DNA from: an uncultured Acidobacteriota bacterium
GTDB lineage: Bacteria; Acidobacteriota; Terriglobia; Terriglobales; Acidobacteriaceae
Direction of reading: 5' to 3'
Assembly (NCBI GenBank): GCA_963713675.1
Contig: CAVQMV010000013.1
Span: 2,375 to 66,374 of the forward strand
Length of the DNA: 64,000 nt
How positions within the stretch are numbered: position 1 is the stretch's first letter; every line of letters starts with the position of its first letter. The translations under genes were made by a program, and so were the position numbers. Under the pieces are notes generated by a model. It searched no databases and had not been told where the DNA came from. It saw nothing but the letters and a program-made list of their open reading frames with translations. Positions 1 through 14,893 of this stretch are shown here, piece by piece.

Positions 1-509
1 ATCCGACTGCGGATCCAACGACCGATCCAACAGATAACTCGCAATTGCAGTCTGACCAGGCAACGGAGCAGCAGGCCGAGGCGCAGGAGAGCGCGGACGT
101 GAGCGCGGGCAACTACTCTGCGGCGTCGAACGATGCGTCCCAGGCGTACCAGGACTCGGAGACCGTGGCCGGCGAAGGCGGTCCGGATAACACGGACGAA
201 ACCTGGACCGCGCAACTGAACGAGAGCTGGGCCAACTCGGACCAGCAGACTGCCGATCAAGACGCAGCTACCGCCGACAGCTACGCCGCAGCAGGGTTTA
301 CCGATGACGCCCAGATGTACGCCGGCGACGCGCAGGGCGAAGAACAGACTGCCGACGCCAGCGCAGAAGAGGGCCAGTATGGCGACCCAGTTGGCCCCGA
401 AGCAGACGCGCCCACTGAGGAGGCGGCCGCTGACGAAGCGCCCGTCGATGATGCACCGGTCGACGATGCGGCCGCGGACGATACTACGGACGCTGACACG
501 TCGAGCTGA
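1..509 (+). CDS. C-terminal part of a highly acidic low-complexity protein (5' partial)
   Basis: Frame is open from position 3 to TGA at 507-509; Asp/Glu/Ala/Thr/Gln-rich with no Lys, Arg, His or Cys in the 154 aa shown. Confidence 0.6.
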   Translation, partial: PTADPTTDPTDNSQLQSDQATEQQAEAQESADVSAGNYSAASNDASQAYQDSETVAGEGGPDNTDETWTAQLNESWANSDQQTADQDAATADSYAAAGFTDDAQMYAGDAQGEEQTADASAEEGQYGDPVGPEADAPTEEAAADEAPVDDAPVDDAAADDTTDADTSS

Positions 510-554
510 AGGAAGACCGGAATTAAGGACGTAGTGACTCGGGGAAAAGTGCGG

Positions 555-848
555 CTACTCTCGCGCTTCGCTGGCGCGGGCGAGGCGGCGGTTCCGAAGC
601 CACTTGGCGAGGCCGAGTGTGAGGAGCAGTGCGCCGAAAGGCAGGCACATGAGCGCAACGATCAGCGCCAACCAGCCGGCGTTGGTGCTCGCGCCCAGAC
701 GCGAGTAGCCACCCAGGACGGTGACGAGTAGCAGAACGCAAAACAATCCCGCGCCGACCATCGAGCCGCCCCATTGGAGAAGCTGGCGGGTGCCGTCGTC
801 GGGCGGGGCCTGTCGATTTTCCTCAGCGTTCGCTGGGCGTGGCGTCAT
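555..848 (-). CDS. small two-TM hypothetical membrane protein
   Basis: 97 aa with two hydrophobic stretches; co-oriented directly downstream of the DUF420 gene. Confidence 0.65.
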   Translation of the reverse strand: MTPRPANAEENRQAPPDDGTRQLLQWGGSMVGAGLFCVLLLVTVLGGYSRLGASTNAGWLALIVALMCLPFGALLLTLGLAKWLRNRRLARASEARE

Positions 849-854
849 GCGCGC

Positions 855-1412
855 CTATCCTTTCGCCGCAGCCAACATGGCATAGACGATGACCCCGGTG
901 ACGGACACATAAAGCCAGATGGGGAACGTCCATCGAGCCACCTTGCGATGCGTGGGAATCCGCCCGGTCAGAGAGAAGAAGAAGGTGACGAGCACGAGCG
1001 GGAGGGCCACCATGGAAAGCAGAACATGGCTCACCAGTATGACCAGGTAGATGGTGCGCGCAAGACCGTGTCCGGGATAATGGCTCTCGCCGTGCAGCGC
1101 ATAATTTCCGACGTAGCAGACCAGAAACACCGTTGAAAACGCGAAGGCGGTAATCATGGCGCGGCGATGCGCCGCGATGCGGCGTGCGCGGACGAAGCGG
1201 TAGCCCATCAAAATTGCAATCGAAGCGCAGGCGTTCAGTATCGCGTCGAGCGCCGGCAGAAAGCTGAGCTCCTTGCCGCTCACATCCAGGGCGGGGTGAA
1301 CGTAAATCAGCCAGAAGAGAAAGGCCGAGGCCGCGGCGCTTATCAGGAGAATCGCGGCGATGGCCGGGCCCGTGCCGGAACGGGGAGCGGAGGTGGGTAT
1401 GGTGGTGGTCAT
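855..1412 (-). CDS. DUF420 family membrane protein (YozB-like, cytochrome oxidase-associated)
   Basis: HRRAM..AF..S..FLV.Y, SH..LS, HRKVARWTFPIWLYVSVTGV motifs; next to heme o synthase. Confidence 0.9.
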   Translation of the reverse strand: MTTTIPTSAPRSGTGPAIAAILLISAAASAFLFWLIYVHPALDVSGKELSFLPALDAILNACASIAILMGYRFVRARRIAAHRRAMITAFAFSTVFLVCYVGNYALHGESHYPGHGLARTIYLVILVSHVLLSMVALPLVLVTFFFSLTGRIPTHRKVARWTFPIWLYVSVTGVIVYAMLAAAKG

Positions 1413-1420
1413 ATCGTGCC

Positions 1421-2419
1421 TTACGATTTCGCGATGGCGCAGAGCATAAGCGTGGTGAAGAGCAGGGGCAGGTACAGCACGCTGACTTTGAGCAGGTCGC
1501 GGGCCAGCATGCGGCTTTCGTCTTCAGTTTTGGCGTGGAGAATGCGCGCGAAGCGGAGCGTGTAGGCGAGATAGACGAGGCCGAGCGCAGTGGCCGGAAT
1601 TGTGTAAAGCACGCCGGTCATGCCCAGGCGCCAGGGTGCGAGGCTGACGGGAATCATGAGCACAGCGTAGAAGACGGCTTCGACAACGGTGGACCATCCG
1701 TCGGGCTGGACGACGGGTAACACGCGAATGCCGGCGCGGGCATAGTCGTCGCGATACAGCCAGGCAATCGACATGAAGTGGGGGAACTGCCAGACGAAGA
1801 GGATGGCGAAGAGGGCGACGCCGGGCCACTCGATACGGTCGCGTGCCGCGGTCCAGCCGAGGAGGGGGCCCATGGCTCCCGGAAAAGCGCCGACGAAGGT
1901 GGCGAGCGAAGTGACGCGCTTGAGCGGCGTGTAAATGGCAACGTACGTGAAGGCCGTGAGCAGCGCCAGCGCGACGGTGAGCATGTTGGTGTAGAGAGCG
2001 AGCCAGACAGCTCCGAGGCCGAGAGCGGCGAGTCCGGCGATGATGCCGGTGGCAAGCGAGAAGCGTCCGGAGGCGAGAGGGCGGTTGGCGGTGCGCTTCA
2101 TGCGCGCGTCGGTGGTGCGCTCAAGGCATTGGTTCAGTGCGCCTGCGCCGGCGGAGACGAGGCCGATGCCAAAGAGGGCATCGAGCAGGCCGCGTTGCAG
2201 GGTGGAGATGCCCCACTGCATGGAGCCGAGATAGAAGCCACCCCAACCCGTGACGACAACGAGGCCGACGACTTTGACTTTGAAGAGCTCGCGGAGGTCG
2301 TGAATCAGCGTTGCGGTGGCGCCGGGTGACGGTGCGTGAATTCCATGCGCTTGCGGGGAGTATGCGACGTGGTTGGCGTCGAGATCAGCAGAGACAGCGG
2401 CCTGGGAGGAAAGAGTCAT
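1421..2419 (-). CDS. cyoE: protoheme IX farnesyltransferase (heme o synthase)
   Basis: UbiA-family motifs NQCLERTTDARMKRTANRPL, YTPLKR, GAFPGA, WQFPHF. Confidence 0.95.
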   Translation of the reverse strand: MTLSSQAAVSADLDANHVAYSPQAHGIHAPSPGATATLIHDLRELFKVKVVGLVVVTGWGGFYLGSMQWGISTLQRGLLDALFGIGLVSAGAGALNQCLERTTDARMKRTANRPLASGRFSLATGIIAGLAALGLGAVWLALYTNMLTVALALLTAFTYVAIYTPLKRVTSLATFVGAFPGAMGPLLGWTAARDRIEWPGVALFAILFVWQFPHFMSIAWLYRDDYARAGIRVLPVVQPDGWSTVVEAVFYAVLMIPVSLAPWRLGMTGVLYTIPATALGLVYLAYTLRFARILHAKTEDESRMLARDLLKVSVLYLPLLFTTLMLCAIAKS

Positions 2420-2604
2420 GAGGATGGCAGAAGAATCATGAGGCAGCGCGAGCGACGGGGCAGCGACCTTGATTTGATGATAACAAGCGCGGAGCGGGGC
2501 TCCGGAAACGGTGTGGAATCAGGTTGTTAACTGAGGTAATCTGCCGGTTTTCCACAATTCGGCGTACAATTTGCGGGAAGCGGGCTCCCAAGAGGACTTC
2601 CCCA

Positions 2605-5301
2605 ATGCCCAGGACGCTCTCACTAGTACGCAAAGAGAAGGTGAGTGGATCTGCGTCTCCGCTCGCCTCGAACGCGGAACTAGCCACTTTGATGGAGGGC
2701 ACTCACGATCCCATGTGGTCAGTGGGCCCGGACCACCGTCTTATCGCGTTTAACAAGGCCGCTTCCTCCTATATTGAGGAGACGTTTGGCATATCCGCGA
2801 TTTCCGGGGCGCTCGCGTACAACCCGCTGCGGTCCGAGCAGGCCTTCGTATGGCGGGATCGATACGCGCGCGCTCTTGCGGAGGGGACGTACCGCGCGGA
2901 ACAACTGATGCTCGACGGACGATGGTTCGAGTTCCAGTTGAATCGCGTAGTGCTGGACGGCCGGACGACAGGAGTGTCGGTCTTCAGCAAGGACGTTTCC
3001 AGGCGGAAGCATGCGCAGGATGGGTTGGTTGCAAGCGAGGCGCGCCTGCGAGAAGCCGAACGCATCGGCCTGTCGGGAAGTTCGGGCTGGGACGCGGACA
3101 ACGACATCACGACCTGGAGCGAAGGGATGTATCGCATCACGGGCCGCGATGCGAAATTGCCGGCCCCGAGCCACGCTGAGCGCGCGAAGATTTACACGCC
3201 GGAGAGTTGGTCGCGTCTGGATGCAGCGGTGCGGCGCTGCCTGGCTGGCGGAGAGCCCTACGACCTGGAATTGCAGATCGCGCGCGCCGATGGCGAATTG
3301 CGCTGGGTGCGCGCACGGGGTGAAGCGATCAAGGACGAACGGGGCCGCGTGCGCAGCTTATTCGGGACGTTGCAGGATACGACCGCACAGAAAGAGACCG
3401 AGTCCAACCTGCGCAACAGCGAGGAGCGGTATCGCGCCACCTTTGAGCAGGCTGCGGTGGGGATGGTGCACACGGGGTTTGACGGCCGTTTCTTGCGCTG
3501 CAATCCGCGCTTCGCCCAGATCGTCGGGTACCCTTCCGAGGAACTGCCGGGCATGACCTTCCAGCAGATTACCTACCCCGAGGATGTGGCTGTGGGCGTG
3601 AATGCCCTCGAGGAGGTGGTGGCAGGAAAGGTTGAATCCTTAGCCTGGGAAAAGCGCTACCTGCGCAAGGATGGCAGCATCACCTTTGCCCGCATCACGC
3701 TCTCGCTGCAACGGGACGCCGCGGGGAAACCGGCGCATTTGATCGCCGTGGTGCAGGACATCAATGCCCGCAAGGCTGCCGAACAGGCGATGCGCGATGC
3801 CGAACAGAAGTTCCGCGACATTTTTGAGGACGCTCCGGAGGGCATCTTCCAGACGTCGCCGCAAGGGAAGTCGCTGGCCTTGAATCCCGCCGGAGCGAGA
3901 ATGCTGGGATACGAGACCGCAGAGGAGGGCATGGCGGCAATTACCGATTCAGCGCGGGACGTGTGGCTGGACGGTGCCGAGCGCGCGCAATATGCCAGGC
4001 TGCTGGAAGAGACTGGCGCAGTTCGGGACTTCCAATGCCAGTTCAAGCGGCGCGATGGAACTCCCATCTGGATTTCGATGACGGCAAAGAGAATTACCGG
4101 TCCAGATGGAATGACGCTCTGCTACCAGGGCTTCTTCGAGGACATTACGGAAGAGAAGCGGCTCGCAGTCGCACTCGGAAGCAATCTGCGCGAGGTGAAG
4201 CTGCTGAGCGAGATCAACTCGGCGCGGCTGAATGCGAAAACGGAGCGTGACCTGCTGCAGGAGTATTGCCGGATCGTTGTAGAAGTAGGCGGCTACAGAA
4301 TGGCGTGGGTTGGATTCGCTGAAGAGAGCGAGGACAAGCGGATCGTTCCCGCAGCTCACTACGGCCATGAAGAGGGCTACATGCAGCTAGTGAATCTGAC
4401 ATGGGCCGATACCGAGCGCGGAAAAGGACCGACGGGAATGTCGATTCGCACCGGCAAGATGCATGTGGCGGAAGACATTCTGGCCGACCCGATCCTGACG
4501 CCCTGGCACACCGAGGCCGCGAAGCGCGGCTACAAGTCATCGATCGCGCTGCCCCTCAGGCTTGCGGATGGGAGCGTGGCGGCCCTGACGGCCTATGGAG
4601 CATCGAGCAGCGTGTGGACGGAATCGGAGCGCAGGCTGATGGAGCAGATCGCGCTCGACCTTGGCTTCGGCATCAGCTCGCTGCGCAATGAGATTGCAAA
4701 AAAACAGTACCAGGACGATTTGCGCGAGAGCCTGGAGCAAACCATTCTGGTGATCGCGGGAACGGTGGACCAGCGCGATCCGTACACGGCAGGACACCAG
4801 CGGCGGGTCGCGGACCTTAGCCGGCGCATTGGCGAAAAACTTTCGCTTTCCGAGGATCGCATTCATGGGCTGCACCTGGGCGCATCGATTCACGATGTGG
4901 GGAAGATCGGTATTCCGGCGGAGCTGCTGGCCAAGCCGGGACGCCTGAGCAAAATCGAGCTGGATCTGATCAAGGAGCATGTGATGCTGGGCTACGAGCT
5001 CATCAAGGATGTGCGCTTCCCATGGCCGATCAGAGACGTCGTGCTGCAGCATCACGAACGGCTCGATGGCTCCGGCTATCCGCAGGGGCTGAAGGAAGAC
5101 GCCATCAGTCTGGAGTCTAAAATTGTGGCCGTGGCGGACGTGGTGGAGGCCATGGGCTCGCATAGGCCGTATCGTGCGGCGTTGGGAATCGAAATCGCGC
5201 TTGAAGAAATCGAAGCGAAGAGCGGCACCCTTTTCGATGCCGCAGCCGTGGAGGCGTGCCTGCGCCTCTTCCGCAAAGAGGGATACAAGTTTCCGGACTG
5301 A
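2605..5301 (+). CDS. multi-PAS/GAF/HD-GYP c-di-GMP phosphodiesterase
   Basis: Several PAS/PAC repeats, GAF (YRMAWVGFAE..), DPYTAGHQRRV, HDVGKI, HHERLDGSGYP; start moved to ATG 2605. Confidence 0.9.
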   Translation: MPRTLSLVRKEKVSGSASPLASNAELATLMEGTHDPMWSVGPDHRLIAFNKAASSYIEETFGISAISGALAYNPLRSEQAFVWRDRYARALAEGTYRAEQLMLDGRWFEFQLNRVVLDGRTTGVSVFSKDVSRRKHAQDGLVASEARLREAERIGLSGSSGWDADNDITTWSEGMYRITGRDAKLPAPSHAERAKIYTPESWSRLDAAVRRCLAGGEPYDLELQIARADGELRWVRARGEAIKDERGRVRSLFGTLQDTTAQKETESNLRNSEERYRATFEQAAVGMVHTGFDGRFLRCNPRFAQIVGYPSEELPGMTFQQITYPEDVAVGVNALEEVVAGKVESLAWEKRYLRKDGSITFARITLSLQRDAAGKPAHLIAVVQDINARKAAEQAMRDAEQKFRDIFEDAPEGIFQTSPQGKSLALNPAGARMLGYETAEEGMAAITDSARDVWLDGAERAQYARLLEETGAVRDFQCQFKRRDGTPIWISMTAKRITGPDGMTLCYQGFFEDITEEKRLAVALGSNLREVKLLSEINSARLNAKTERDLLQEYCRIVVEVGGYRMAWVGFAEESEDKRIVPAAHYGHEEGYMQLVNLTWADTERGKGPTGMSIRTGKMHVAEDILADPILTPWHTEAAKRGYKSSIALPLRLADGSVAALTAYGASSSVWTESERRLMEQIALDLGFGISSLRNEIAKKQYQDDLRESLEQTILVIAGTVDQRDPYTAGHQRRVADLSRRIGEKLSLSEDRIHGLHLGASIHDVGKIGIPAELLAKPGRLSKIELDLIKEHVMLGYELIKDVRFPWPIRDVVLQHHERLDGSGYPQGLKEDAISLESKIVAVADVVEAMGSHRPYRAALGIEIALEEIEAKSGTLFDAAAVEACLRLFRKEGYKFPD

Positions 5302-5454
5302 TGCAACCCCGCTGAACAGCGGTCCCGCCCCCGCGCGCATTCCGCGCCACGCGCTCACTGAAAATTCTTTTGACACGGTTCTCTTGCGTGCTGTAGCGTC
5401 CGGAATTGGCGCTGCCTGCCCCCAAGGCAATTTCGAAGCGCCGGAGGTGCAAGT

Positions 5455-5760
5455 ATGCGCATGATGCTGCTGGCTCAGTTTCCCATTGAGCCGTTCAATA
5501 CCCTGGTCCGCAATGGAACTGCGGGTACGACCATCAAGAAAATTCTCGACGACATCAAGCCGGAAGCTGCTTACTTTGGCGAGCGCGATGGCAGGCGAGG
5601 CTGCGAGTTGGTAGTTGACGTGCAAAGTCCTTCGGACGTGCCGCGGCTCGCCGAGCCATTTTTTCTCGCGTTCAACGCCCAAGTGGAGTTCAGGGTTTGC
5701 ATGACGCCGGAGGACCTGGGCAAGGCGAATCTGGATGCGCTCGGCAAGAAGTGGGGCTGA
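5455..5760 (+). CDS. small conserved alpha/beta protein (GYD/dimeric barrel-like)
   Basis: 101 aa, coding-like codon use, RBS-like ggagg upstream; family assignment tentative. Confidence 0.7.
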   Translation: MRMMLLAQFPIEPFNTLVRNGTAGTTIKKILDDIKPEAAYFGERDGRRGCELVVDVQSPSDVPRLAEPFFLAFNAQVEFRVCMTPEDLGKANLDALGKKWG

Positions 5761-5812
5761 GCGAATTGGGTCGGAGCGCCGGCGGAGCCAAAGCAGGTCT
5801 TTTCCCTGAGTA

Positions 5813-5849
5813 CCCCCCGGTCCCCAAGTGCGAGGGACCGGGGGCACCC
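5813..5849. repeat. REP-like palindrome (GGGGCACCC family)
   Basis: ccccggtccc-caagtgcga-gggaccgggg hairpin ending in ggggcaccc, as in the other copies. Confidence 0.7.
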
Positions 5850-5948
5850 GCTTTAAGATGGGACACCGGCAACCGTAAGTGCGAGTCTAGGGGCCGGCGC
5901 TACATAAAGCGTGCCCCGAGGCGCGGCATGTAAAATGAAGTCAATCGG

Positions 5949-6737
<789 letters not shown>

Positions 6738-7076
6738 CCTTATGACCCTCTTGCGGAATTGCATCATTTTCGGCAATTTGGGAGTCTTATAAGTATCAGC
6801 CCGATAAAGGGTTTCCCCGAGGCGGGCTGGCGAGGTCGGGATGGAAGTCAGCCGGGCAAACGAGGCCGGCGGACGGCAAGGGGCGATGCAGATCGTTGAG
6901 GCAGACCTCAGGACCATCCAAGAGAGCTGTTCGGAGCTAGGGTTCTCATTTTTGAGGCCTCCGGCGGCGAAGCAACAGGAAGGGCGCGCGCAGCAGGGTC
7001 GAGGCCGGCAGAATCACCGGACGGCTAGTGGAGCGGGCAGCCTGGGACAAGCCCCGATGACGGGGGGGAGCACATC

Positions 7077-9545
7077 ATGTTCGAACGGTACACGGAGAAG
7101 GCGCGGCGCGTGATCTTTTTCGCGCGGTATGAGGCCAGCCAGTTCGGCTCACCATATATCGAGACCGAGCACCTGCTGCTGGGGCTCCTACGCGAAGACA
7201 AAGCGCTGACCAACCGCTTCCTGCGCTCGCACGCGTCAGTTGAATCAATACGCAAGCAAATTGAAGCGCACACCACGATCCGCGAGAAGGTGTCGACCAG
7301 TGTCGATTTGCCGTTATCGAACGAGTGCAAACGGGTGCTTGCCTACGCTGCGGAAGAAGCGGAACGGCTGGGCCACAAACATATCGGAACCGAACATTTG
7401 TTGCTGGGATTGCTCCGCGAAGAAAAGTGCTTTGCGTCGGAGATTCTGCAGGAGCGTGGATTGAAGCTGGCGCAGATTCGCGACGAGCTGGCACGCGTGA
7501 CGCAGGAGAAAGCGCCGCCGCAGCAGCGGCAGCGGGAATCGAGTCTGCTGGCGGAGTTCAGCCGTGACCTTACTCAAGCTGCAATGGATGGGCAGTTGGA
7601 TCCGCTGGTTGGGCGCGAAGGCGAACTGGAGCGCGCCATTCAAATTCTTTGCCGGCGCACCAAAAATAACCCGGTTCTGATCGGCGAGCCTGGCGTGGGA
7701 AAAACAGCCATCGTTGAAGGCCTGGCCCAGCGCATTGCCGACGGCGAGGTGCCGAGTTTCCTCGCGGACAAACGCGTGCTGGGGCTGGATCTCTCGCTGA
7801 TTGTGGCGGGAACCAAGTACCGCGGGCAGTTCGAGGAACGGTTGAAGACCATCATGAAAGAGCTGATGGAGAATCAGAACTCGATCGTGTTTATCGACGA
7901 GCTGCACACACTGGTGGGCGCGGGATCGGCAGAGGGTTCGCTGGATGCGGCGAATATTTTGAAGCCGGCGCTCTCGCGCGGCGAGATTCAGTGCATCGGC
8001 GCAACCACGCCGGCCGAATACCGCAAGTCGATCGAGAAGGACCGCTCGCTGGAGCGGCGCTTCCAGGCGGTGAAGGTTCCGCCGCCGAGCGAAGCTGACG
8101 CCATCAAAATCATCATGGGCATCAAGGACCGCTACGAGAAGTTCCACGCGGTGAGCTATACCGATGCCGCGGTCGAGTTCGCTGTTTCGCACTCGAGCCG
8201 TTACATTCCCGACCGCTTCCTGCCCGATAAGGCCATCGATTTGATCGACGAGGCGGGAGCGCGTGTGAAGCTGCGCCAGACCTCATTGCCTGAAGAGATC
8301 ACCGAGGTGCAGAAGCGGATCAAATTCATCGTGCACCGCATGGACTCGGCGATTGCGAATCACGAGTTCGAGAAGGCGCGGTTCTACTCGGACGAGGAGC
8401 GCAAAGAGCGTGAGAACCTGCGCGCATTGCGCGACAAGTACCATCTCGACGACTCGGCGGCGGGAATCGTTGGCCGCGAGGACATCGAGGACGTGGTGAG
8501 CCGGTGGACGGGCGTGCCCGTGACTAGCATCAAGGAAGAAGAGACGCAGAAGCTGCTGCGGGTTGAGGAAGAGTTACACAAGAGAATTGTCTCGCAGGAC
8601 AAGGCGATCTCTGCGCTGGCGCGAGCCATTCGCAGGTCGCGGGCCGGCTTGAAGAGCCCGCACCGGCCAATCGGTTCTTTTCTTTTTCTCGGACCGACTG
8701 GTGTGGGAAAAACAGAAGTGGCACGCACGCTTGCCAACTTCCTGTTCGGATCGGATAAGGCGCTGATCCGCTTCGATATGTCAGAGTACATGGAGAAGCA
8801 TTCGGTCTCCAAGCTGATCGGATCGCCCCCCGGGTACGTGGGTTACGAGGAGGGCGGCCAATTGACCGAACGGGTGAAGCGCTCGCCGTATTCGGTTGTG
8901 CTGCTGGACGAAATTGAGAAGGCGCACCCGGATGTATTCAACATCCTGTTACAGGTGTTTGAAGACGGGCAGTTGACCGACGGCTTGGGCAACACGGTGG
9001 ACTTCAAGAACACCATCCTGATCATGACCTCGAACATCGGCGCCAAGTACCTGGTAAAGGAGAAGAAGTCGCTTGGCTTCCACGGCGATGGTGAAGAGCA
9101 GATTAACGATGCTGTCGAAAAGAACGTTATGGCTGAGGTAAAGAAGGCGTTCAACCCTGAATTCCTCAACCGGCTCGACGAAACTATCCTCTTCCAGTCG
9201 CTCACGGATGCCGACCTTATCCAGATTGTTGAGCTTCTGGTGCAGAGCTTGAACGCCAACCTGGCGCAGAAATCGATCACGATTTCAGTGACCGACGACG
9301 CCAAGAAGTGGATTCTGGACAAGACGCTCGTCGACCGCAGTTACGGGGCGCGACCGTTGCGCCGTGCACTGCAGCGCTACGTCGAGGACCCGCTCTCAGA
9401 GGCGTTGATCGCTGGACAAATTCAGGACCGGCCGGCGTTCCTCGAGGTCTACCTCGACGCGAATCAGCTGTTCTATCGCCCGGTGAGTGCGGACGAGAAC
9501 GCGAGCGAGGAAAAAGCGGCTGGCGTATTGTTGTTCAGCAATTGA
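7077..9545 (+). CDS. clpC: ATP-dependent Clp protease ATP-binding subunit ClpC
   Basis: Clp_N repeats, [11 protein letters not shown] coiled coil, [28 protein letters not shown], ClpP-binding LGF loop. Confidence 0.95.
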   Translation: MFERYTEKARRVIFFARYEASQFGSPYIETEHLLLGLLREDKALTNRFLRSHASVESIRKQIEAHTTIREKVSTSVDLPLSNECKRVLAYAAEEAERLGHKHIGTEHLLLGLLREEKCFASEILQERGLKLAQIRDELARVTQEKAPPQQRQRESSLLAEFSRDLTQAAMDGQLDPLVGREGELERAIQILCRRTKNNPVLIGEPGVGKTAIVEGLAQRIADGEVPSFLADKRVLGLDLSLIVAGTKYRGQFEERLKTIMKELMENQNSIVFIDELHTLVGAGSAEGSLDAANILKPALSRGEIQCIGATTPAEYRKSIEKDRSLERRFQAVKVPPPSEADAIKIIMGIKDRYEKFHAVSYTDAAVEFAVSHSSRYIPDRFLPDKAIDLIDEAGARVKLRQTSLPEEITEVQKRIKFIVHRMDSAIANHEFEKARFYSDEERKERENLRALRDKYHLDDSAAGIVGREDIEDVVSRWTGVPVTSIKEEETQKLLRVEEELHKRIVSQDKAISALARAIRRSRAGLKSPHRPIGSFLFLGPTGVGKTEVARTLANFLFGSDKALIRFDMSEYMEKHSVSKLIGSPPGYVGYEEGGQLTERVKRSPYSVVLLDEIEKAHPDVFNILLQVFEDGQLTDGLGNTVDFKNTILIMTSNIGAKYLVKEKKSLGFHGDGEEQINDAVEKNVMAEVKKAFNPEFLNRLDETILFQSLTDADLIQIVELLVQSLNANLAQKSITISVTDDAKKWILDKTLVDRSYGARPLRRALQRYVEDPLSEALIAGQIQDRPAFLEVYLDANQLFYRPVSADENASEEKAAGVLLFSN

Positions 9546-9564
9546 TCTAGTGGAAAACCAAAGC

Positions 9565-9593
9565 AAAAAGCCCCCGATTTTCGGGGGCTTTTT
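9565..9593 (+). terminator. intrinsic terminator (bidirectional-looking)
   Basis: aaaaagcccccg-attt-t-cgggggcttttt after clpC. Confidence 0.85.
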
Positions 9594-9690
9594 GTGCCTG
9601 GTCGAGTGCTGGCAATTTCAATGACTTAGCAGCATATCGTTCGACGGCGGCGGGCAAGCGCCAAGCGAAATTGGATGGCCGTGTGGCACA

Positions 9691-10074
9691 ATGAAAGATG
9701 AGGTTTCGTTAATGCTGGCGAATCGTTCCAAAGATGCGTGGATCCTGGTGGCAATCGCGGCCATCACTCTGGCCTCTCTGGCTCGTGCCCAAGCCGGCGT
9801 CGAAAATGCAAAGGCGTACGCGTCACCAGTCATCAAGTTTTTTGCCGGAAGCCCTCTAACAGATGCGGCTGTATCGAAATCGACCGACCGGAATGTTGCT
9901 CACGCGTCGAACTACCTCGGTACGGCTCTGGATTTGTTTCCGGTATTGTTTGTCGGCTTGGTGTCGCCTCTCGACTTGCAGTCTGTTCGCTCGCTTCGAG
10001 CCATGGGCCGTGCGCTTCCCGCGCCAGATCTGTCCGTGTTGTTTCAGCGTCCGCCTCCCGTTTTGCTCGCGTAG
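9691..10074 (+). CDS. hypothetical exported protein
   Basis: 127 aa with N-terminal hydrophobic signal-like segment (ARAQA). Confidence 0.55.
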   Translation: MKDEVSLMLANRSKDAWILVAIAAITLASLARAQAGVENAKAYASPVIKFFAGSPLTDAAVSKSTDRNVAHASNYLGTALDLFPVLFVGLVSPLDLQSVRSLRAMGRALPAPDLSVLFQRPPPVLLA

Positions 10075-10203
10075 ATCGCCAGATCTTCATCCGGCACGCA
10101 CCAGCGCCGGGTTTTCACCACGCGCAGCAAGTTCATCCTGTGGCTTTTACTTGCGCACCAGCCAATGCGATGGACGCATTTACACTGAATAGCGGAGATT
10201 CCC

Positions 10204-13225
<3,022 letters not shown>

Positions 13226-13260
13226 GAACAGGGAATGGGGAGTAGCCAATAGGGAATAGA

Positions 13261-13299
13261 ACAAGGGGCGTGCTCAGTGCGAGCACGCCCCTTGTTTGT
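13261..13299 (+). terminator. intrinsic terminator between convergent secA and cpaE-like genes
   Basis: acaaggggcgtgctc-agtgc-gagcacgccccttgt hairpin followed by T-rich tract. Confidence 0.75.
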
Positions 13300-13354
13300 G
13301 TGTGGAATCTCTCGTTTTTCCAGTTCCTACCGGCTACCTTCCTATCCCTGTTTT

Positions 13355-14554
13355 CTATCGCAGGAAGCGGAAGAAACCGCGTTTTTCGCTTTTTTCAGCG
13401 TGCAGGCCCGTGGCCGTCTTTGCCATTTCGCGAATGGCGCGGGCGATACCGGAATCGCCGAGCACCATGGGCGTCGCGGTTTCGCGGGTGCGCCGGGCGG
13501 CGGCGTAGTCGTCGGGGACCTTCCACTGCGCGGGCCGAGTGAGCGCTTCATCGATTTTTCTTTCGTCGAAGAGCAAATCGCTGGGCTTGAAGCGATTGAG
13601 CACGATCTGCAGGGTCTGGTCACGCGTGAAGAAGAACTTCGTCACCATGCGGTTGGCGTTAAACAGCTCGGAGATGCCGACCTGCGTGATGAGGTAGAGC
13701 ACGGCGGACTTGTTAAAAAGCGAGGTGCCGAGCAAATCGATGCGCGAGCCCACGTCGGCCACCACGAAGTCATAGGCATCGCAAGCCACCGAGACCAGCC
13801 TGTCAATGGAATGGAGGGGCAACGGGTGATCGCTGAACTCAGAGGGCGAAGCCAGCACCGAGAGTCCTGTGCTGTGCTTGACCGCCATCTGAGTGAGCAT
13901 CCTGGCGTCGAGGCGGTCAGGTTGCTGCAGGGCGTTGACCACAGAGTATTCGGCCTTGATGCCGAGATTGATGGCCGCGTCGCCTAATGGAAGGCCGAAG
14001 TCCATCAGCAAAGTTTTGCCTTCGGATTCCTGCGCCAGCGCGAGCGCGAAGTTGGCGGCGAGCGTGGTGACGCCGCAGCCGCCCTTTGTTCCGAGAAACA
14101 CAAATAAGCGACCGGCCTCTTTCCCATCCTGGTTCGCTTCGGCATAGCGCTCGGCCGCGCGCTCCATGGCGGCAGCGAGCTCCACAGGGTCAATAGGCGT
14201 GGTAAAGAACTCGCGCGCGCCCGCGCGCATCAGGTGCACGGCCAGCTTCATGTCGGCTCGCGACGAGTAGGCCATCACATAGGTGCGCGAGATGGCGCTG
14301 AGATTCTCTGCCATGTCGAAGGCGAGGTCCTGGTCGCAGTCGACATTGAAAAGCACCACATCGTAAGGATCAGGAAGAATCTTCGCCAGCTCGCCAGCCT
14401 TTTCGGGGAAGAAGGGGATCTCTGTGATCTCGAGACTCTCCAGTCGCGAGAGTACGGCTACCGCGGCTTTGCGGCGCTGTTCATCGGCGTCGAGAATGGC
14501 GACGGTCAGGGAAATACTGTCCGGGGCGCCGGAACCCTTACTCTCATTGGGCAT
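13355..14554 (-). CDS. CpaE/TadZ-like receiver domain plus MinD-type ATPase (Flp/Tad pilus assembly)
   Basis: Degenerate N-terminal receiver, GTKGGCGVTTLAANFA, QIVLNR. Confidence 0.8.
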   Translation of the reverse strand: MPNESKGSGAPDSISLTVAILDADEQRRKAAVAVLSRLESLEITEIPFFPEKAGELAKILPDPYDVVLFNVDCDQDLAFDMAENLSAISRTYVMAYSSRADMKLAVHLMRAGAREFFTTPIDPVELAAAMERAAERYAEANQDGKEAGRLFVFLGTKGGCGVTTLAANFALALAQESEGKTLLMDFGLPLGDAAINLGIKAEYSVVNALQQPDRLDARMLTQMAVKHSTGLSVLASPSEFSDHPLPLHSIDRLVSVACDAYDFVVADVGSRIDLLGTSLFNKSAVLYLITQVGISELFNANRMVTKFFFTRDQTLQIVLNRFKPSDLLFDERKIDEALTRPAQWKVPDDYAAARRTRETATPMVLGDSGIARAIREMAKTATGLHAEKSEKRGFFRFLR

Positions 14555-14893
14555 AGTCTTTGAAGGTACTCCAAGAGAACATGATATTCCATTGCAATCC
14601 TTTCAAAGACTGGCGGGAGTGTACCAACGGTATTCCGGCCCGTGGGGGGCGCAGGCCACGGCGTGCGGGGTCCTGCATGGGACGGGCTCAACGCCAAGGC
14701 GCGGGACCGTGGACGAGGCGTATTTGTGCCTGCGCAGCCGAAAAAAAGACCGCTCCGCAAGGGATCGGAAAGTTGATTGCAGGACGGTTTTCAAATCCGC
14801 AAACCGGCGTCCCGGCGCGAGAAGCCAACCAGCCTGAGGGCGGCGCGACGCGGCAGCGAAAGGAAGGGAGGAGGGAGAGGCCGGTAGCTGGCG

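Noticed and set aside
14560-14893. Possible ncRNA or small gene between cpaE-like and CYTH genes
   Set aside because: No recognisable RNA family or convincing ORF; treated as promoter/terminator space
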